Below are positions 19,952 through 37,193 of a stretch of 64,000 bases of DNA, one piece after another; the stretch's first letter is position 1; every line of letters starts with the position of its first letter. The stretch comes from the human T2T-CHM13v2.0 reference genome, Homo sapiens. Below the pieces are notes generated by a model. That model saw only the letters and a list, made by a program, of their open reading frames with translations. It was not told the origin of the DNA and ran no database searches. The position numbers were made by a program, and so were the translations under genes. The stretch lies in assembly GCF_009914755.1 (NCBI RefSeq), contig NC_060926.1. One strand, written 5' to 3'.

Positions 19952-20963
19952 CTAAGCTACTGACAGCCATTTTGCATTTAATGTTGGCACTGTCTTGATC
20001 TTGGCAGATATCATTGGAAAGTTTTTTTTTTTTGTCTGAAAACTATTTATTTACCTTAATGTTCCCAGAGCCAATCTATGTGCAAGACACGGTAGGTATT
20101 GTATAAATATTTGTCGAATGAATGAACTTTTCAGATGATCTAATCTAATTTCTTCATTTCAATATTAGCCCATGGTTTCTCAATCCTTCAAAAACCCTAG
20201 CTATCAAAGCAATCACAATTCCTACTTACTAGAATTGCCTGGTCATCATCAGCCGGGGGAAAAATATGTAAGGCAAGAAAGAGGTAGGCGTAAGGATGCA
20301 ACATAATAAGGGTGGAGAACATATCCACCCCCATAGCATTATTGAAAGGTGTTGCAAAGTCCACCTCCACCTTAATATCTTCTCTTTTGATACCAACTAC
20401 CACTACGACCTGATCTAAAAATGGACATTGCCTTTTTAAAAGGAATAAGGGAGAAGGGAAGGAAATGAAAGGATTCTACCCTAGCTTTGCTAATGAATCA
20501 GGAGTGATCTGACAAGCATCACTTTGAAATTTCGAATGAGTATTGGCCCTAGGGCAATGAGATTAAAATGAACACATTTCAATAAGAACCAAAAAGAGGG
20601 AGCATTAGGAAGACACGAGGCCAAGGATGACAGGAGCATAGACTCACGGTCCCACTGTGCTGCTTTCTCTAAAAGATTGTCAACACACGCTAAAAAAGGA
20701 TATTTGAATGGTTTATAGATACTATATTCTGAAGTTTATAGCGTGTTTTTTATTTTTTATATTTCAATTTTCTAAAATTAGAATGCACCTTAATGTGGAA
20801 TGTAATACTTCTCAAAAATAAGGACGGAATACCTATCCTCAGCAACAACAAAGATAGAAAAGCAATGGCACACATTAGAATTCCAAAATTCAGTGGTTTC
20901 TCCTTTCCGGGCTGAAATTTATGCTCCAGGAGGGTGTCTTTTATTTATTTATTTATTTAGTGA

Positions 20964-21173
<210 letters not shown>

Positions 21174-21541
21174 TGAAGTGATCCTCCTGCCTTGGTCTCC
21201 CAAAGTGCTGAGATTATAGGCATGAGCCACTGCGCCCAGCCCAGGAGGGTGTCTTTTAATCATTAGTTCTCTATACCTAATTAGCCCAAGCATCAGACTT
21301 CAGAGTAAGAAAAAGCAGTTTCAACTCTACCATTTCCTGGCCCTGTGACCTTAGAGCTTCTTCAGGTCTTCATTTTCTGCATCTCAAAAATAGGAGTAGG
21401 AATAGAATGTCCGTCTTTGGGTTATAATGAAAATGATTGATAAGAGCACTTCATTAACTGGAAGTCATTGTGCAAATGTAGTTGGTTGTCCTTGTCTTTG
21501 AAATTCTGAGTTGCTACTGATGCCCCAGGGAACAACCTTTA

Positions 21542-21555
21542 CCGCTCCCTAGTGG
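21542..21555 (-). promoter_or_regulatory. Candidate CTCF site
   Basis: Minus strand reads CCACTAGGGAGCGG, close to core CCACYAGGGGGCGC, in non-Alu sequence. Confidence 0.45.
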
Positions 21556-21694
21556 TGGTGTGTTCTCCTGGGAGCACAGCTCCTAGAAATAAATCAACCT
21601 CCTTCATTACCCATGAGGAGATGCTTCTCTGTGGATTCGCTTAATATTTCTTGTGGAACAACTGCATGAACGCATTGCATAAAGAATACGTGGA

Positions 21695-21975
21695 GGCCGG
21701 GCGCGGTGGCTCACGCCTGTAATCCCAGCACTTTGGGAGGCCGAGGCGGGCGGATCACGAGGTCAGGAGATCGAGACCATCCTGGCTAACACGGTGAAAC
21801 CCCGTCTCTACTAAAAATACAAAATATTAGCTGGGCGAGGTGGCGGGCGCCTGTAGTCCCAGCTACGCGTGAGGCTGAGGCAGGAGAATGGCGTGAACCC
21901 CGGGGGGCAGAGCCTGCAGTGAGCTGAGATCGCGCCACTGCACTCCAGCCTGGGCGACAGAGCAAGACTCCGTCT

Positions 21976-22010
<35 letters not shown>

Positions 22011-22170
22011 AGCCGGGCGTGGTGGCAGGCGCCTGTAGTCCCAGCTACTCGGGAGGCTGAGGCAGGAGGATGGCGTGAACGTGGGAGGCGGAGCTTGCAG
22101 TGAATGGAGATCGCGCCATGTACTCCAGCCTGGGCGACAAGAGTGAAATTCCGTCCCAAAAAAAAAAAAG
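21695..22170 (+). mobile_element. AluY plus an extra right arm (L-R-R trimer)
   Basis: Full AluY 21695-21976, A run, second right arm 22009-22157; TSD aaagaata(cg/ta)tgga. Confidence 0.9.
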
Positions 22171-22762
22171 AAAGAATATATGGAGAATAATCTAAGCAAG
22201 GAAAGGTTGGAGTGTTCTTCCGTGCTTGCACCTCCTTAACCTTCTCCGTTTCTCCACCCTTGTTAAGCCTGAATGTCCTCAATGCCCTCCTTGCCTCCAT
22301 TTCCATTACCTTGTCTTTAACATCTTTGCAAACATAAAGTTTTGGTGAGAAGGAGCAAGCCTATAAATGAATTTGTGCTATGGACACTTGAATAACTCAC
22401 ATTTATGTTCTGTTAACTGTAGATCCTCTCTCCTTTCTAGCTTGCACCACCCTTAAAAATGAAAGTATTTTTTAAACACAAAACGTTTATTTAAATGTAG
22501 CTCTTTCTAGATTCCTTTCCCTTTAGTCAACACAAAAGTTTTTCCTGAGGGCAAGAATCATGTTTATTCTCTCTCTTTTTTTTTTTTTTTTTTTTAGATA
22601 GGGTCTTGCTCTGTAGTCCAGGCTGAAGGATAGGGTCTTGCTCTGTAGTCCAGGCTGAAGTGCAGTGGCTTACTGCAGCCTCAACCTGGGCGCAAGCAAT
22701 GCCCCCACCTCCGCCACCTGAGTAACTGGGATTACAGGTGTGCACCCACCAAGCCCAGCTAA

Positions 22763-22912
<150 letters not shown>

Positions 22913-23212
22913 TGATTTAAGAACCCAGTCCTTGCCCCCGTACTCCTGCTATTCATATCCATCTGCTATTCATATCCATGCTGAGTCAACTCCAAAAGCA
23001 AACAAAAGAAACACATTCTTAAACGCTGATTGAAAACCTAGCATTGGCCCGGCGCAGCGGCTCACGCCTGTAATCCCAGCACTTTGGGAGGCTGAGGCCG
23101 GCGGATCAACTGAGGTTGGGAGTTCGCGACCAGCCTGACCAACATGGAGAAACTACATCTCTACTAAAAATAGCCGGGTGTGGTGGTGCATGCCTGTAAT
23201 CCCAGCTACTCA

Positions 23213-23317
<105 letters not shown>

Positions 23318-24520
23318 TCAAAAAAAAAAAAAAAAGAAAAAAAAGAAAAGAAAACCTAGCATTAAAGAACTGAAGTAAATTATGTTTTATTCCTTCAGAG
23401 TAGATATGGGGAAATAAAAGAAAAAATATATATTTTTTAAAAGTATAAAATTATGTTAGGGGTTTCACAATACTTGAACTTAAAATTTGTATTTATTTAT
23501 GGTTGACATCCTTTAACATTTATTGATAAAAAAGTGATAATAAATTATACTGATGCTATTCCCAAGTTTTGCTTCTGCTTGAAAGGTCTTCTGACATCCA
23601 GGTTTGATAACAAATAGATGCAATGTGTGGTCTCTTGGGTCTGATATTTAATCTTAATCCTAAACTAGATTGTTGAAAGTAAAGAAGATATATGACAGAT
23701 GACAATTGTGTTTCGTCTTATAATTGAGCATATAGAGTCTTTCTTCTTACTCCTGAAGGGTGACACATTTTCTGCCCCAAGAAAAACATCCAAGTATTTT
23801 ATCATGCTCTTATTGTTCCAAGTGATCCAAAATATTTTTCTTTTGCTATTGATTTTTATATGGAGCTTTTCCAGATATTAGATGGAGGATTTTAGTTTAA
23901 CCTTTGTAGACTGAACTTTTCTTTTGAAATGCGTAGGATAGTGGTTCCAAGTTCTGAAAATATGATGTATTATTAAAGGTTTCATTTTTTATAAATAAAT
24001 TCTAAGAAAGTACATCTGATTAAATGAATTCATCTATGTAAAGTGTAGAGAACAGTGTGTGGCATGTGGTAGTGATATATAACTGTTAGCTATGTATTTA
24101 TAATGAACATTGTCATAGCCATACATTTGTAATGGGCATATATACATTGCTAGACATCAGTATATTTTATTCAATAAAGTTGTATAAATAAATCCATACA
24201 AATTATTTTCCTTAAAACTTAATGCAAATGAGGTTTTTTGAAAATCCTTAAAATGTGGAAATTTACTTTCCCAGGTATTCAGCCATGATATATACTTTTA
24301 AATCCATGTATATATTCAATTATTTTACTTTGAAAATTACAACATCGACATATTGGCAAGCAACCCTAAGATAAAACAACACTTTCACGTGGTGATCACT
24401 TTTCAGCCCTCAAGCATGTGGGAAAGGACACAGTTTGCCCACCTCCTCAGAGTCCTTTATGGAAATACAAGGATAGTCTGTATCAGGCTGGAGGTTACTA
24501 AGGCTTTACTGCGGCCGCCA

Positions 24521-24913
24521 TAGTTTACTAGGGCTGCCATAACGTAATACTATATACTGACTGGCTTAAACCAGAGGAATAATTTTCTCACAGTTCTGGA
24601 GGCTAGAATTTCAAAATGAAGGTAATGGAAGGTTTGGTTTCTTCTGGCTTCTCTCTCCTTGGCTGGCAGATGGCTGCCTTCCTGCTGTGTCCTCACATAA
24701 CCTTTCCTCCGTGGGGGCGCATTCCCAGTGGCTCTCCCATTTCTCATAAGGACACCAGTCATTTTGAATTAGGACCCACCCCCATGACCTCATTTAAACT
24801 TAAGTGTCTCTTTAAAGTCCCCATCTCTAAATATAGTCACATTATCTCTCCACATAGTACTGCGGGCTAGTATTCAACATGTGAATTTGGAGGGACACAA
24901 TTTAGCCCATAAC
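24521..24913 (-). mobile_element. MaLR solo LTR (MLT1A0-like)
   Basis: agggctgccataac; ttctcacagttctggaggctag; atttggagggacacaatttagcccataaca. Confidence 0.82.
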
Positions 24914-24939
24914 ACAGGCCCTGTTCTACTTTTTTCTAA

Positions 24940-25301
<362 letters not shown>

Positions 25302-25751
25302 TAATTTGGCTTTTCTTGTTATTAGAAACATAGCCAATCATAGAACTCAAAATCTAGGATTTTTAGAATCAAAGGAACTTACATTTCTGATCTAAAGATC
25401 CCTGATTATTATTTAGTAACTTTTTCCCTGTATATTACTTGGTAACTTAGACACAGGAGTAAGATATGAGGAATATATCTATAAGGGTCTGGTACCAAAA
25501 TCCTGAATTTATGCAAACTAGATTCTATACAATCAGTTCTAAGTCTCTGGATTTTTTTATGAATTCTGGCAAAACCAAGTATATATTGGTTACCACTTTT
25601 TAAATTTCAGATAATTACCAAAATTTGTAACTTACAGTTGAATCATGCTATATAAATAATATTTAAAAAGTGTTAATGTAAACCTTTTCAAGAAATTCTA
25701 TGTCTTATCTCAGCTAGCAACTGACAGACAATTCTTAGATTCCATCTAGAT

Positions 25752-26387
<636 letters not shown>

Positions 26388-26814
26388 TCTAGATAGTTAG
26401 TTCAATGGTCAGCAACACATTACATTAGGTGCAGGTCCATGCTATCCTTTGCTAGTGTGTTTCTGAAACAAGTATATTCATTTGTTTTTAAAAATCTTTT
26501 AGGGTGTTTTAAGTTACTTCTGTAGATTTCAAATCAACTGCCTTCCATAAAAATGACATTGCTTACTCAAATAATAATGTTTGAAAGTAGGACGGCCCAA
26601 GATTTGGTTAATTCAAAGCCTTCATAATGGCATAAAAAACTCCAGGCTCCTCTCATCTTTCTTAAACCTCAAGATTCTCTCTCTTGAGGTCTCTACTAAA
26701 AATGCAAAAATAGTCAAAGGATGGCTGCGACTATTACTATAACCATTTCCATAGAGGAAAAGGCATTGCATTTTCCTTAAGCTTCTTTCTAAGAGATAGG
26801 AAAAATTTTCCCAC

Positions 26815-27260
26815 AATATCCACCTAATACAAAAAAAGACGTTAAAGAAGAAACAGAGGAACAAAAAAAGTTAGACATATAGAAAACAAATAGCAAAATG
26901 GCATAATCAAATATATCAATAATAACATTAAATGTGGGCCAGGTACAGTGGCTCATGTCTGTAATTCCAGCCCTTTGGAAGGCTGAGGTGGGAAGACTGC
27001 TTGAGCCCAGGAGTTTGAGAATTAGCCTGGTCAACATACCAAGACCTTGTCTCTACAAAGAATAAAAAATTTAAAAATTAGCTAGGTTGAGGTGGGAGGA
27101 TTGCTTAAGCCTAGGAATTCGAGTGTGCAGTAAGTTATGATTGTGCACTGCACTCTAGCCTGAGTGACAGAGCGAGATCCTGTCTCAAAACACCACCACC
27201 ACCAACAAAAACCATTAAATGTAAATGGACTAAACAATCAAACTAAGAGGCAGAGATTGT
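26815..27260 (+). mobile_element. L1M fragment around the ORF2 start, split by Alu 26937-27187
   Basis: aaatagcaaaatggca..aataacattaaatgt / attaaatgtaaatggactaaac..aagaggcagagattgt. Confidence 0.65.
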
Positions 27261-27803
27261 AAAATTTGTTCTGGTTTGGACAATAAATTATGGTTCACCT
27301 AAAAATAATATATTTTTATTTGGTTTTAATGTCATTAATAGGTAAAAACTCATATTGAAATTCTAATTATAATAACATAATTATAGGACTTTCTCAAGGA
27401 TAGTTCTAAGGCATTAACACCCACACATTGGTATTGATGTAAAGTATTTAGGGTATCTTCCTCATTCTTGGAATCAGAGAATCGAAATGCAAGGATATTC
27501 AATGAGCCATTGATGGGGATATTGACCTTACCAAAATAATGTAGGAGTTGAAGTAGAACACAAACACTGTGAACCAGGTCCCCAAATCTCTGTGAATGAA
27601 TGTCTGTGTCCATGAATTGGAGGTGATGGGTACTAAGAGTAGAGAGTAGTAGAGATAGATCTTTTAAGTGTTTATAGTTGGTGTGTTATCTACTAGTTAT
27701 TTTATTAGGCACTCAGATAAGCACAGAGAAAAAAAATGTAGTCCCTGCCCATAAAGAGGGGTTCAGCGTGAAGGGGCAGACAGCTTAAAAAGAAATGAGT
27801 GTG

Positions 27804-28262
<459 letters not shown>

Positions 28263-28340
28263 TCACACCTGTAATCCCAGCACTTTGGGAGGCCGAGTTG
28301 GGTGGATCACGAGGTCAGGAGATCGAGACCATCCTGGCTA

Positions 28341-28607
<267 letters not shown>

Positions 28608-28794
28608 TCAAAAAAGGGGAAACAATCAATCCACCACATGGAGGATACAGCAATCAAGAAAGCCTTTAGAGACAGAGGTAACATAAGATCTATTTGTTCT
28701 TGGATTCATTCTGACATTTTATTCGTAGAAACATTGGTAGTAGGAGTCCAGGTGCTGAGAAAGCTGTAACAACTATTAATGCTGATGGTGGCTA

Positions 28795-29145
<351 letters not shown>

Positions 29146-29672
29146 CTAAAAAAAGAAAAAATTATTTCCTTGAAGAAGCTTTTCCCTCCCCACCCACAGT
29201 CCCTAAGTAGATCCCTCTATAATAAGACTTGCTTCTGTCTTGCATTATCAGATTTCCCTCTTCACTACTGAATCGATCAGTGTTATGGACAAACAAATGT
29301 GATTATTCTTTCAGATTAAGAAAAAACAAGGCTGAGTGTGGTGGCTCACACCTGTTATCCAAACATTTTGGGAGGCTGAAAGCAGGAGGCTCACTTAAGC
29401 CCAGAGTAACATAGTGACACCTAGTCTTTACAAAAAATTAGCCAGATGTGATGGCGTGCATCTGTAGTTCCAACTACTTGCTAGGCTGAGGAAGGAGGAT
29501 CTTGAGTCCAGGAGGTCGAGGCTGCAGTGAACTGTGATGGTACCACTGCACTCCAGCCTGGGCAACAGAGTGAGACCCTATATCAAAAAAAACAAAAACA
29601 AAATGTCAATAAGCTCCCTGGACCCACTTGTACCACCAGCTACCACCCTATTCCTCTACTCTCCTTTTAGAG

Positions 29673-29908
29673 TAGTGGTTCTCATCTGGGGGCAATTTTT
29701 CCCACAGGAGACATTTGGCAATGTCTGGAGACACTTCTGGTTGTCACAACTGGAGTAGGGGTGCTACTGGTATCTAGTGGTAGAAGGCTTGGATACTACT
29801 AAACATCCTGAAATGCTCACGACACACCCCCCATTCCCCCCGCCACACACACACAATAAAGCATTATCCGCTCCAAAATGTCTATAGTTTTGAGGTTGAC
29901 AAACCCTG
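29673..29908. mobile_element. MER20 (hAT-Charlie) with 8-bp TSD
   Basis: tagtggttctca..ggagacatttggcaatgtctggagaca..gaggttgacaaaccctg; flanks ttttagag (29665-72) / tttaagag (29909-16). Confidence 0.88.
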
Positions 29909-30261
29909 TTTAAGAGCAAAACTCCTTAAAAGTGTCATCTTTATTCCACATCTCCAATTCCTTCCCTCTTTGTGTCTCATTTTTTTTTTTTTTGAGATAG
30001 AGTCTTGCTTTGTTGCCCAGGCTGGAGTGCAATGGATCACTGCAACCTCAGTCTTCCAGATGCAAGTGATTCTCGTGCCTCAGTCTCCCAAGTAACTGGG
30101 ATTACAGGTGCGCCCCACCACACCCAGGTAATTTTTGTATTTTTAGTAGGGACGGGTTTCACCATGTTGGCTAGGCTGGTCTCAAGCTCCTGACATCAAT
30201 GATCCGCCCACCTCAGCCTCTCAAAGTGCTGGGATTACAGGTGTGAGCCACCATGCCCAGC

Positions 30262-31165
30262 CCCCTCATTCTCTCTTGAACCTACTCCAGCCAGACCCTC
30301 ATCTCTACCACTTCCCCAAATGTGTCCTTGTCAGGATAATCCAACATCTAATGGTTACTCTCAGTCCTCATCAGACTTAACCTGCTGGCAGTATTTGACA
30401 CACAGTATCATAGGTATCCAGTGTCCTACACTTAACCCTGTTCTTCCCCCCAGGGCTACTACATTTGTATCCTTCCCAATTTCAGCTGATGTCAACTTTA
30501 TTCTTCCAGCTGTACAAGCGATCATCAATGCTCCTTCTCTTCCTCTCAAACTTGGCATCCAATTTGTCAACAAATCTTATTGGCTCTTCCTTCAAAATAT
30601 ATCTGGGATTTAATTACCTCCTCCAATGTCCACTGCTGCCACTCTGGGCCGTGCCACCCTCATCTTTCACCTAGTGTCAAGGTCCTGGATCATTGTGAGA
30701 GCTTTCGTAGGGATTCCCCTGTTCCACCTTTGCTCTCATACAACCAGAGTGAGTGTGTGAAAGAGGTAAATTAGATGTCACTCCTTCCCAAAACTCTCCA
30801 AGGGCTTCCTTTCTCATTCAGAATAAAAGCCGAAGTCTTTACGATGTGCCCACACGGCCTTATCCAACCCGATTGCTGACATTGTGTCTTCCTTCTCCTA
30901 GTGAAGTTCCCTCTGTTGCTACCATACCACCCTTCCTGACATTCCTTAGACACTACAGCCACACTCCCTATGCACGGCCTTTGCACTTGTTCCCACTGCC
31001 TGGAACTTTCTCCTTCAAATACCCTGTGGCTTGTTATCCCCCACCCAGCCCTCCAGTCCTCACTCAAATGTACCTTGTCAGTAAGAAATTCTCTGCCAGG
31101 CCTTCCTAAAGGTGCAGCTACCTCTGCCCTGTCCCTCTTCTCTGCTTTATTTTATCCAAAAGGAT
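30262..31165 (+). mobile_element. L2 3' region
   Basis: gaacctactccag; cttccttcaaaatatatct; cctttgcacttgttcccactgcctggaac; ctcaaatgtacc. Confidence 0.7.
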
Positions 31166-32326
31166 AAAGTGTCTCTTCACCTGTGGTCCACAGTGGCTCA
31201 TGCCTGTAATACCAGTACTTTGGGAGGCCGAGATGGGTAGATCGCTTGAGGTCAGGAATTCAAGACCAGCCTGGCCAACATGGTGAAACCCTGTCTCTAC
31301 TAAAAATACAAAAATTAGCCGGGCGTGGTGGCATGCACCTGTAATCCCAGCTACTCGGCAGGAGAATTGCTTGAACCCAGGAGGCAGAGGTTGCAGTGAG
31401 CCCAGATCGCGTCACTGCACTCCAGCCTAGGTGACAGAGCAAGACTCAGTCTCAAAAAACCAAAAAACATTAAATGCCTTCCTGAATGAATTTTCTTTCT
31501 TTAGCTTTTTTTGTCGCTCGGGTTATCTACTAGACCTAATTAAGCAAGCTTATCTTCTTCCAGGCTTCAACTACTACTTGAATTTCATTAATTTTCCACG
31601 TTTATTTATCTTTAACCTCACTTTTATTCCTGAATTTCATTTGTATTTCCAACAATTTGCTGTATGATTTTAACTGTGTGCACCAATTACCTAGACTTTA
31701 AAATCAATATTTAGAAACTCAAACTTATTTACCCAACCACTCACACTGACCTTAAATTAAAATAAACACATGCCACAACTGTTCTTTCTCTTACATATAT
31801 TTTTATATTTTGGGTGTTGCCTCACCAGCTACTCATATGACGAAGCTAGAAATGATGGAATCATCCCTAGTTTTTTGTGTCTAATATTTCCTATATGTCA
31901 CTGATCCCTGCATGCTGCTAATTTTACCTATTTTGAATCGTCTCACATAGATAACCTCTTTTCCACCTTCTTATGTGTGAGTGGATGCAAAACCTTCCTA
32001 ACCAGTTTCTCTACTTCCTACTATTCCAATTCATTCTTTGTATTATTGTCAGCTTTATATCTCCAAACATCTCCAGGACTTTCAAGAAAAATGTTTGAAT
32101 TTCATACTAGGTCATAAATTAGCTTAATGTTCTGAACTACAGTAGAGAGGAATTTTATACCAAGCTCCTGGGAATCCCTTTATATGATAAACTACATCCA
32201 CTTGAGTGGACAAACCCTTGGAGCAAGTCAGCCCAAGATGATGCAGCTTTATTAATCGTTAGAGTCCAATAGGAGATCCAAGACTTGGAAGGGAGATGGA
32301 GGTTTTTCAAAGAAAGTGATGAGCTT

Positions 32327-32674
<348 letters not shown>

Positions 32675-33284
32675 TCAGATTATAACACCTTCAAAGAACT
32701 GAAACAATTCATGTACATTAAATATTTTAAGGTATATTACTATGATTTTAGGGTCTTCAAGCTTCTCTTTGGAGGTATGTGAAGTAAGAAGAAAAGAAAT
32801 GAAAATGTAATCATTATAGTGTATACACGCCCTTTCTGTCTTTCTGAAACAATAATCCTGCGATAAACCATTGGTAAAAGATGCATTCTCATCTTTATGA
32901 GAACATCTCCCTTTTCTAAGACACTAGCTTGCTGGTGACTAGATCTTTGAAGACATACCTTGGTGCCCAGAAAGATACCTGATTAGCCAGACCAAGGGAA
33001 CCAAGAAGATTACACCTCTATTTTACTCTTCTTAGTCTCTTTGCAGTTTGTACTTTCAGTAGACTACCTGTACTTAATTCGCTTCTTAAAATATGATGAG
33101 GACTGCAGAAAAAATATTATGTCCATATTACAGGTAAAGCAACAAAGGTCCCCAAAAGATGGAGTGACTTGGCCAGGATCACAAAGCTAGTAAAAAATTC
33201 ATTTACTCTTTTTGTCATTAACATATTAAGTCCTATCAAGTCGGGATGCTAAAACTATGGGAGAATTAATCAGAGTAAATATCT

Positions 33285-34665
33285 TTATTTTTATTTTTTG
33301 AGACAGAGTCTCGCTCTATAGTGCAGGCTTGAGTGCAGTGGCACTATCTTGGCTCACTGCAACCTCTACCTCCTGGTTCAAGCGATTCTCCCACCTCAGC
33401 CTTTCGAGTAGCTGGGATTACAGGCACCGCCACCATGCCTGGCTAATTTTTTGTATTTTTTTAGTAGAGACGGTGTTTCACTATGTTGTCTAGGCTGGTC
33501 TTGAACTCCTGAGCTCAGGCAATCCACCCGCCTTGACCTCCCAAAGTGTTAGGATTACAGACGTGAGCCACTGTACCCAACTTACTTTTTGTATTTTTAG
33601 TAGAGACGGGGTTTCACCTTTGGCCAGGCTGGTCTCAAACTCCTAACCTCAAGTGATCCACCTGCTTCAGCTTGCCCAAGTGCTGGGATTACAGACGTGA
33701 GCCACCACTCCTAGCCTGTTATTTTTTTATTTTATTTTATTTAAGAGACAGGGTCTTGCTCTGTAGCCCAGGCTGAAATGCAGCCGTGCAACCTTAGCTC
33801 ACTGTAACCTCGAACTCCCACCTCAGCCTCTCAAGTAGTTAGGACTGCAGGCATGCACTATGTTGCCCAGGTGGGTCTCAAACTCCTGGCCTCAAGTGAT
33901 TCTCCTACCTCTGCCTCCCAAAGCACTGGGATTACAGGCATGAGACACTACACCAGGCCCCAGAGTAAACATCTGTAAATGGAAGAGTCTGTAATGAAAG
34001 AGGCTCTACAAAATCAGTTTAATGCCGTGTTTTCTCTATTATTATTATTTATTTATTTAATTTTTTCTTCTTTTTTTTTTTTTTTTGAGATGGAGTCTCG
34101 CTGTCGCCCAGACTGGAGTGCAGTGGCCCGATCTCGGCTTACTGCAGGCTCCGCCCCCCGGGGTTCATGCCATTCTCCTGCCTCAGCCTCCCAAATAGCT
34201 GGGACTACAGGCGCCCGCCACCTCGCCTGGCTAATTTTTTGTATTTTTAGTAGAGATGGGGTTTCACTGTGTTAACCAGGATGGTCTCGATCTCTTGACC
34301 TCGTGATCTGCCCGCCTTGGCCTCCCAAAGTGCTGGGATTACAGGCGTGAGCCACCGCGCCCAGCCTATTTATTTAATTTTTTGAGACACAGAGTCTCGC
34401 TCTGTCGCCCAGGTTGGAGTGCAGTGGCGCAATCTCGGTCACCGCAAGCTCCGCCTCCCGGGTTCACACCATTCTCCTGCCTCAGCCTCCCGAGTAGCTG
34501 GGACCACAGGCGCCCACCACCACGCCCGGCTAATTTTTTGTATTTTTAGTACAGACAGGGTTTCACTGTGTTAGCCAGGATGGTCATGATCTCCTGACCT
34601 CGTGATCCGCCCGCCTCCACCTCCCAAAGTGCTGGGATTACAAGTGTGAGCCACCGCACCCGGCC
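33285..34665 (-). mobile_element. Antisense Alu pile-up (33299-33580, left arm 33583-33716, AluJ-like 33744-33960, AluY-like 34086-34366 and 34384-34665)
   Basis: Consecutive minus-strand Alu motifs with T tails. Confidence 0.9.
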
Positions 34666-35051
34666 TCTATTAATATTTTTTAGTTATACTTCATGTGTCT
34701 ACATTTTCATTCCATCATGAGCTCCTTGAGGACAGTGCTTAGGTGATATTTATCTGTCTTCTGACACTGAGTTTCTGCCATCCAAGCAGAAAAGGCTCAA
34801 TAAAAATGTATTGAATCGAATAAATATTTGTAATTCACATGACAGACAAATGCATAATGCCGAAGCAACTGTTTATTTCCCCTTATCAATAAATGTCAGC
34901 ATTGTTTTCTCCTTTCCTTGCTTTCGATTTCCTGTAAAAACCTGATGGTGACTGGCCAAGGAAATTTCCTTTTTAAATTCAAATTTGGCAAACACACTGA
35001 AGACATGCGATAATGTTAATATATTCCTCGTAGGAATGTGAGAAGTGTTCA

Positions 35052-36670
<1,619 letters not shown>

Positions 36671-37044
36671 AAAAAGGGAGGATGGTAGATAACTGTCCAG
36701 ATACTTTCCAGCTTTGCCGCTATATGAACTATTCCTTTTGTTTAGTTTTCAGCATGGGAGCTTCTGGCACTTTTACGTACTTTCCAGCTTCTGGGGACCG
36801 GCTGCCTAGAATAACAGGCATTTGCCCCAGAGGCCGTGGAGTGGCCTCACTTTGGGGTCGTGGGCAGATCGCTGGCTCCCACGCCTGGACTTCGGGATCG
36901 CAGGCAGGATCCCTTCCAGCCCAAGCACTCCGCCCAGGCGCGCCAGGCAGAGCCCCGCCCCATCCCGCCGTTCCCTTCAGCCCCGGGGCGCGGATCTTGC
37001 ATCTGAAACTGAGCAGAGCAGGGCGCCGGGCAGGGCCGGCGGGC

Positions 37045-37125
37045 CACGTGATAAGCCCGGAAACAGCTCCGCCCCCTCGCTTCCTGAGCCGCCACATCCC
37101 GGCAGCCCTCCTACCTGCGCACGTG
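37045..37125. promoter_or_regulatory. Two canonical E-boxes (CACGTG at 37045-37050 and 37120-37125), MYC/MAX/USF-type
   Basis: cCACGTGat and gCACGTGg read directly; de novo purine synthesis genes are established MYC targets; occupancy is inferred. Confidence 0.75.
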
Positions 37126-37174
37126 GTGCCGCCGCTGCTGCCTCCCGCTCGCCCTGAACCCAGTGCCTGCAGCC

Positions 37175-37193
37175 ATGGCTCCCGGCCAGCTCG
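37175..37193 (+). CDS. ATIC: ATIC coding exon 1 (MAPGQL+G)
   Basis: Kozak gcagccATGG at 37175; donor G|gtgagg at 37194. Confidence 0.97.

Noticed and set aside
24511-24520. Isolated NotI site / YY1-like gccgccat as an engineered junction
   Set aside because: Single 8-mer at an LTR edge with no vector or linker context
27350-27613. Unique-sequence ORFs or exon-like stretches upstream of ATIC (also 1455-2056, 16168-17000, 32140-32320)
   Set aside because: No recognisable protein similarity or consistent splice chain; a tBLASTx/PhyloCSF scan would be needed to exclude a decayed unitary pseudogene
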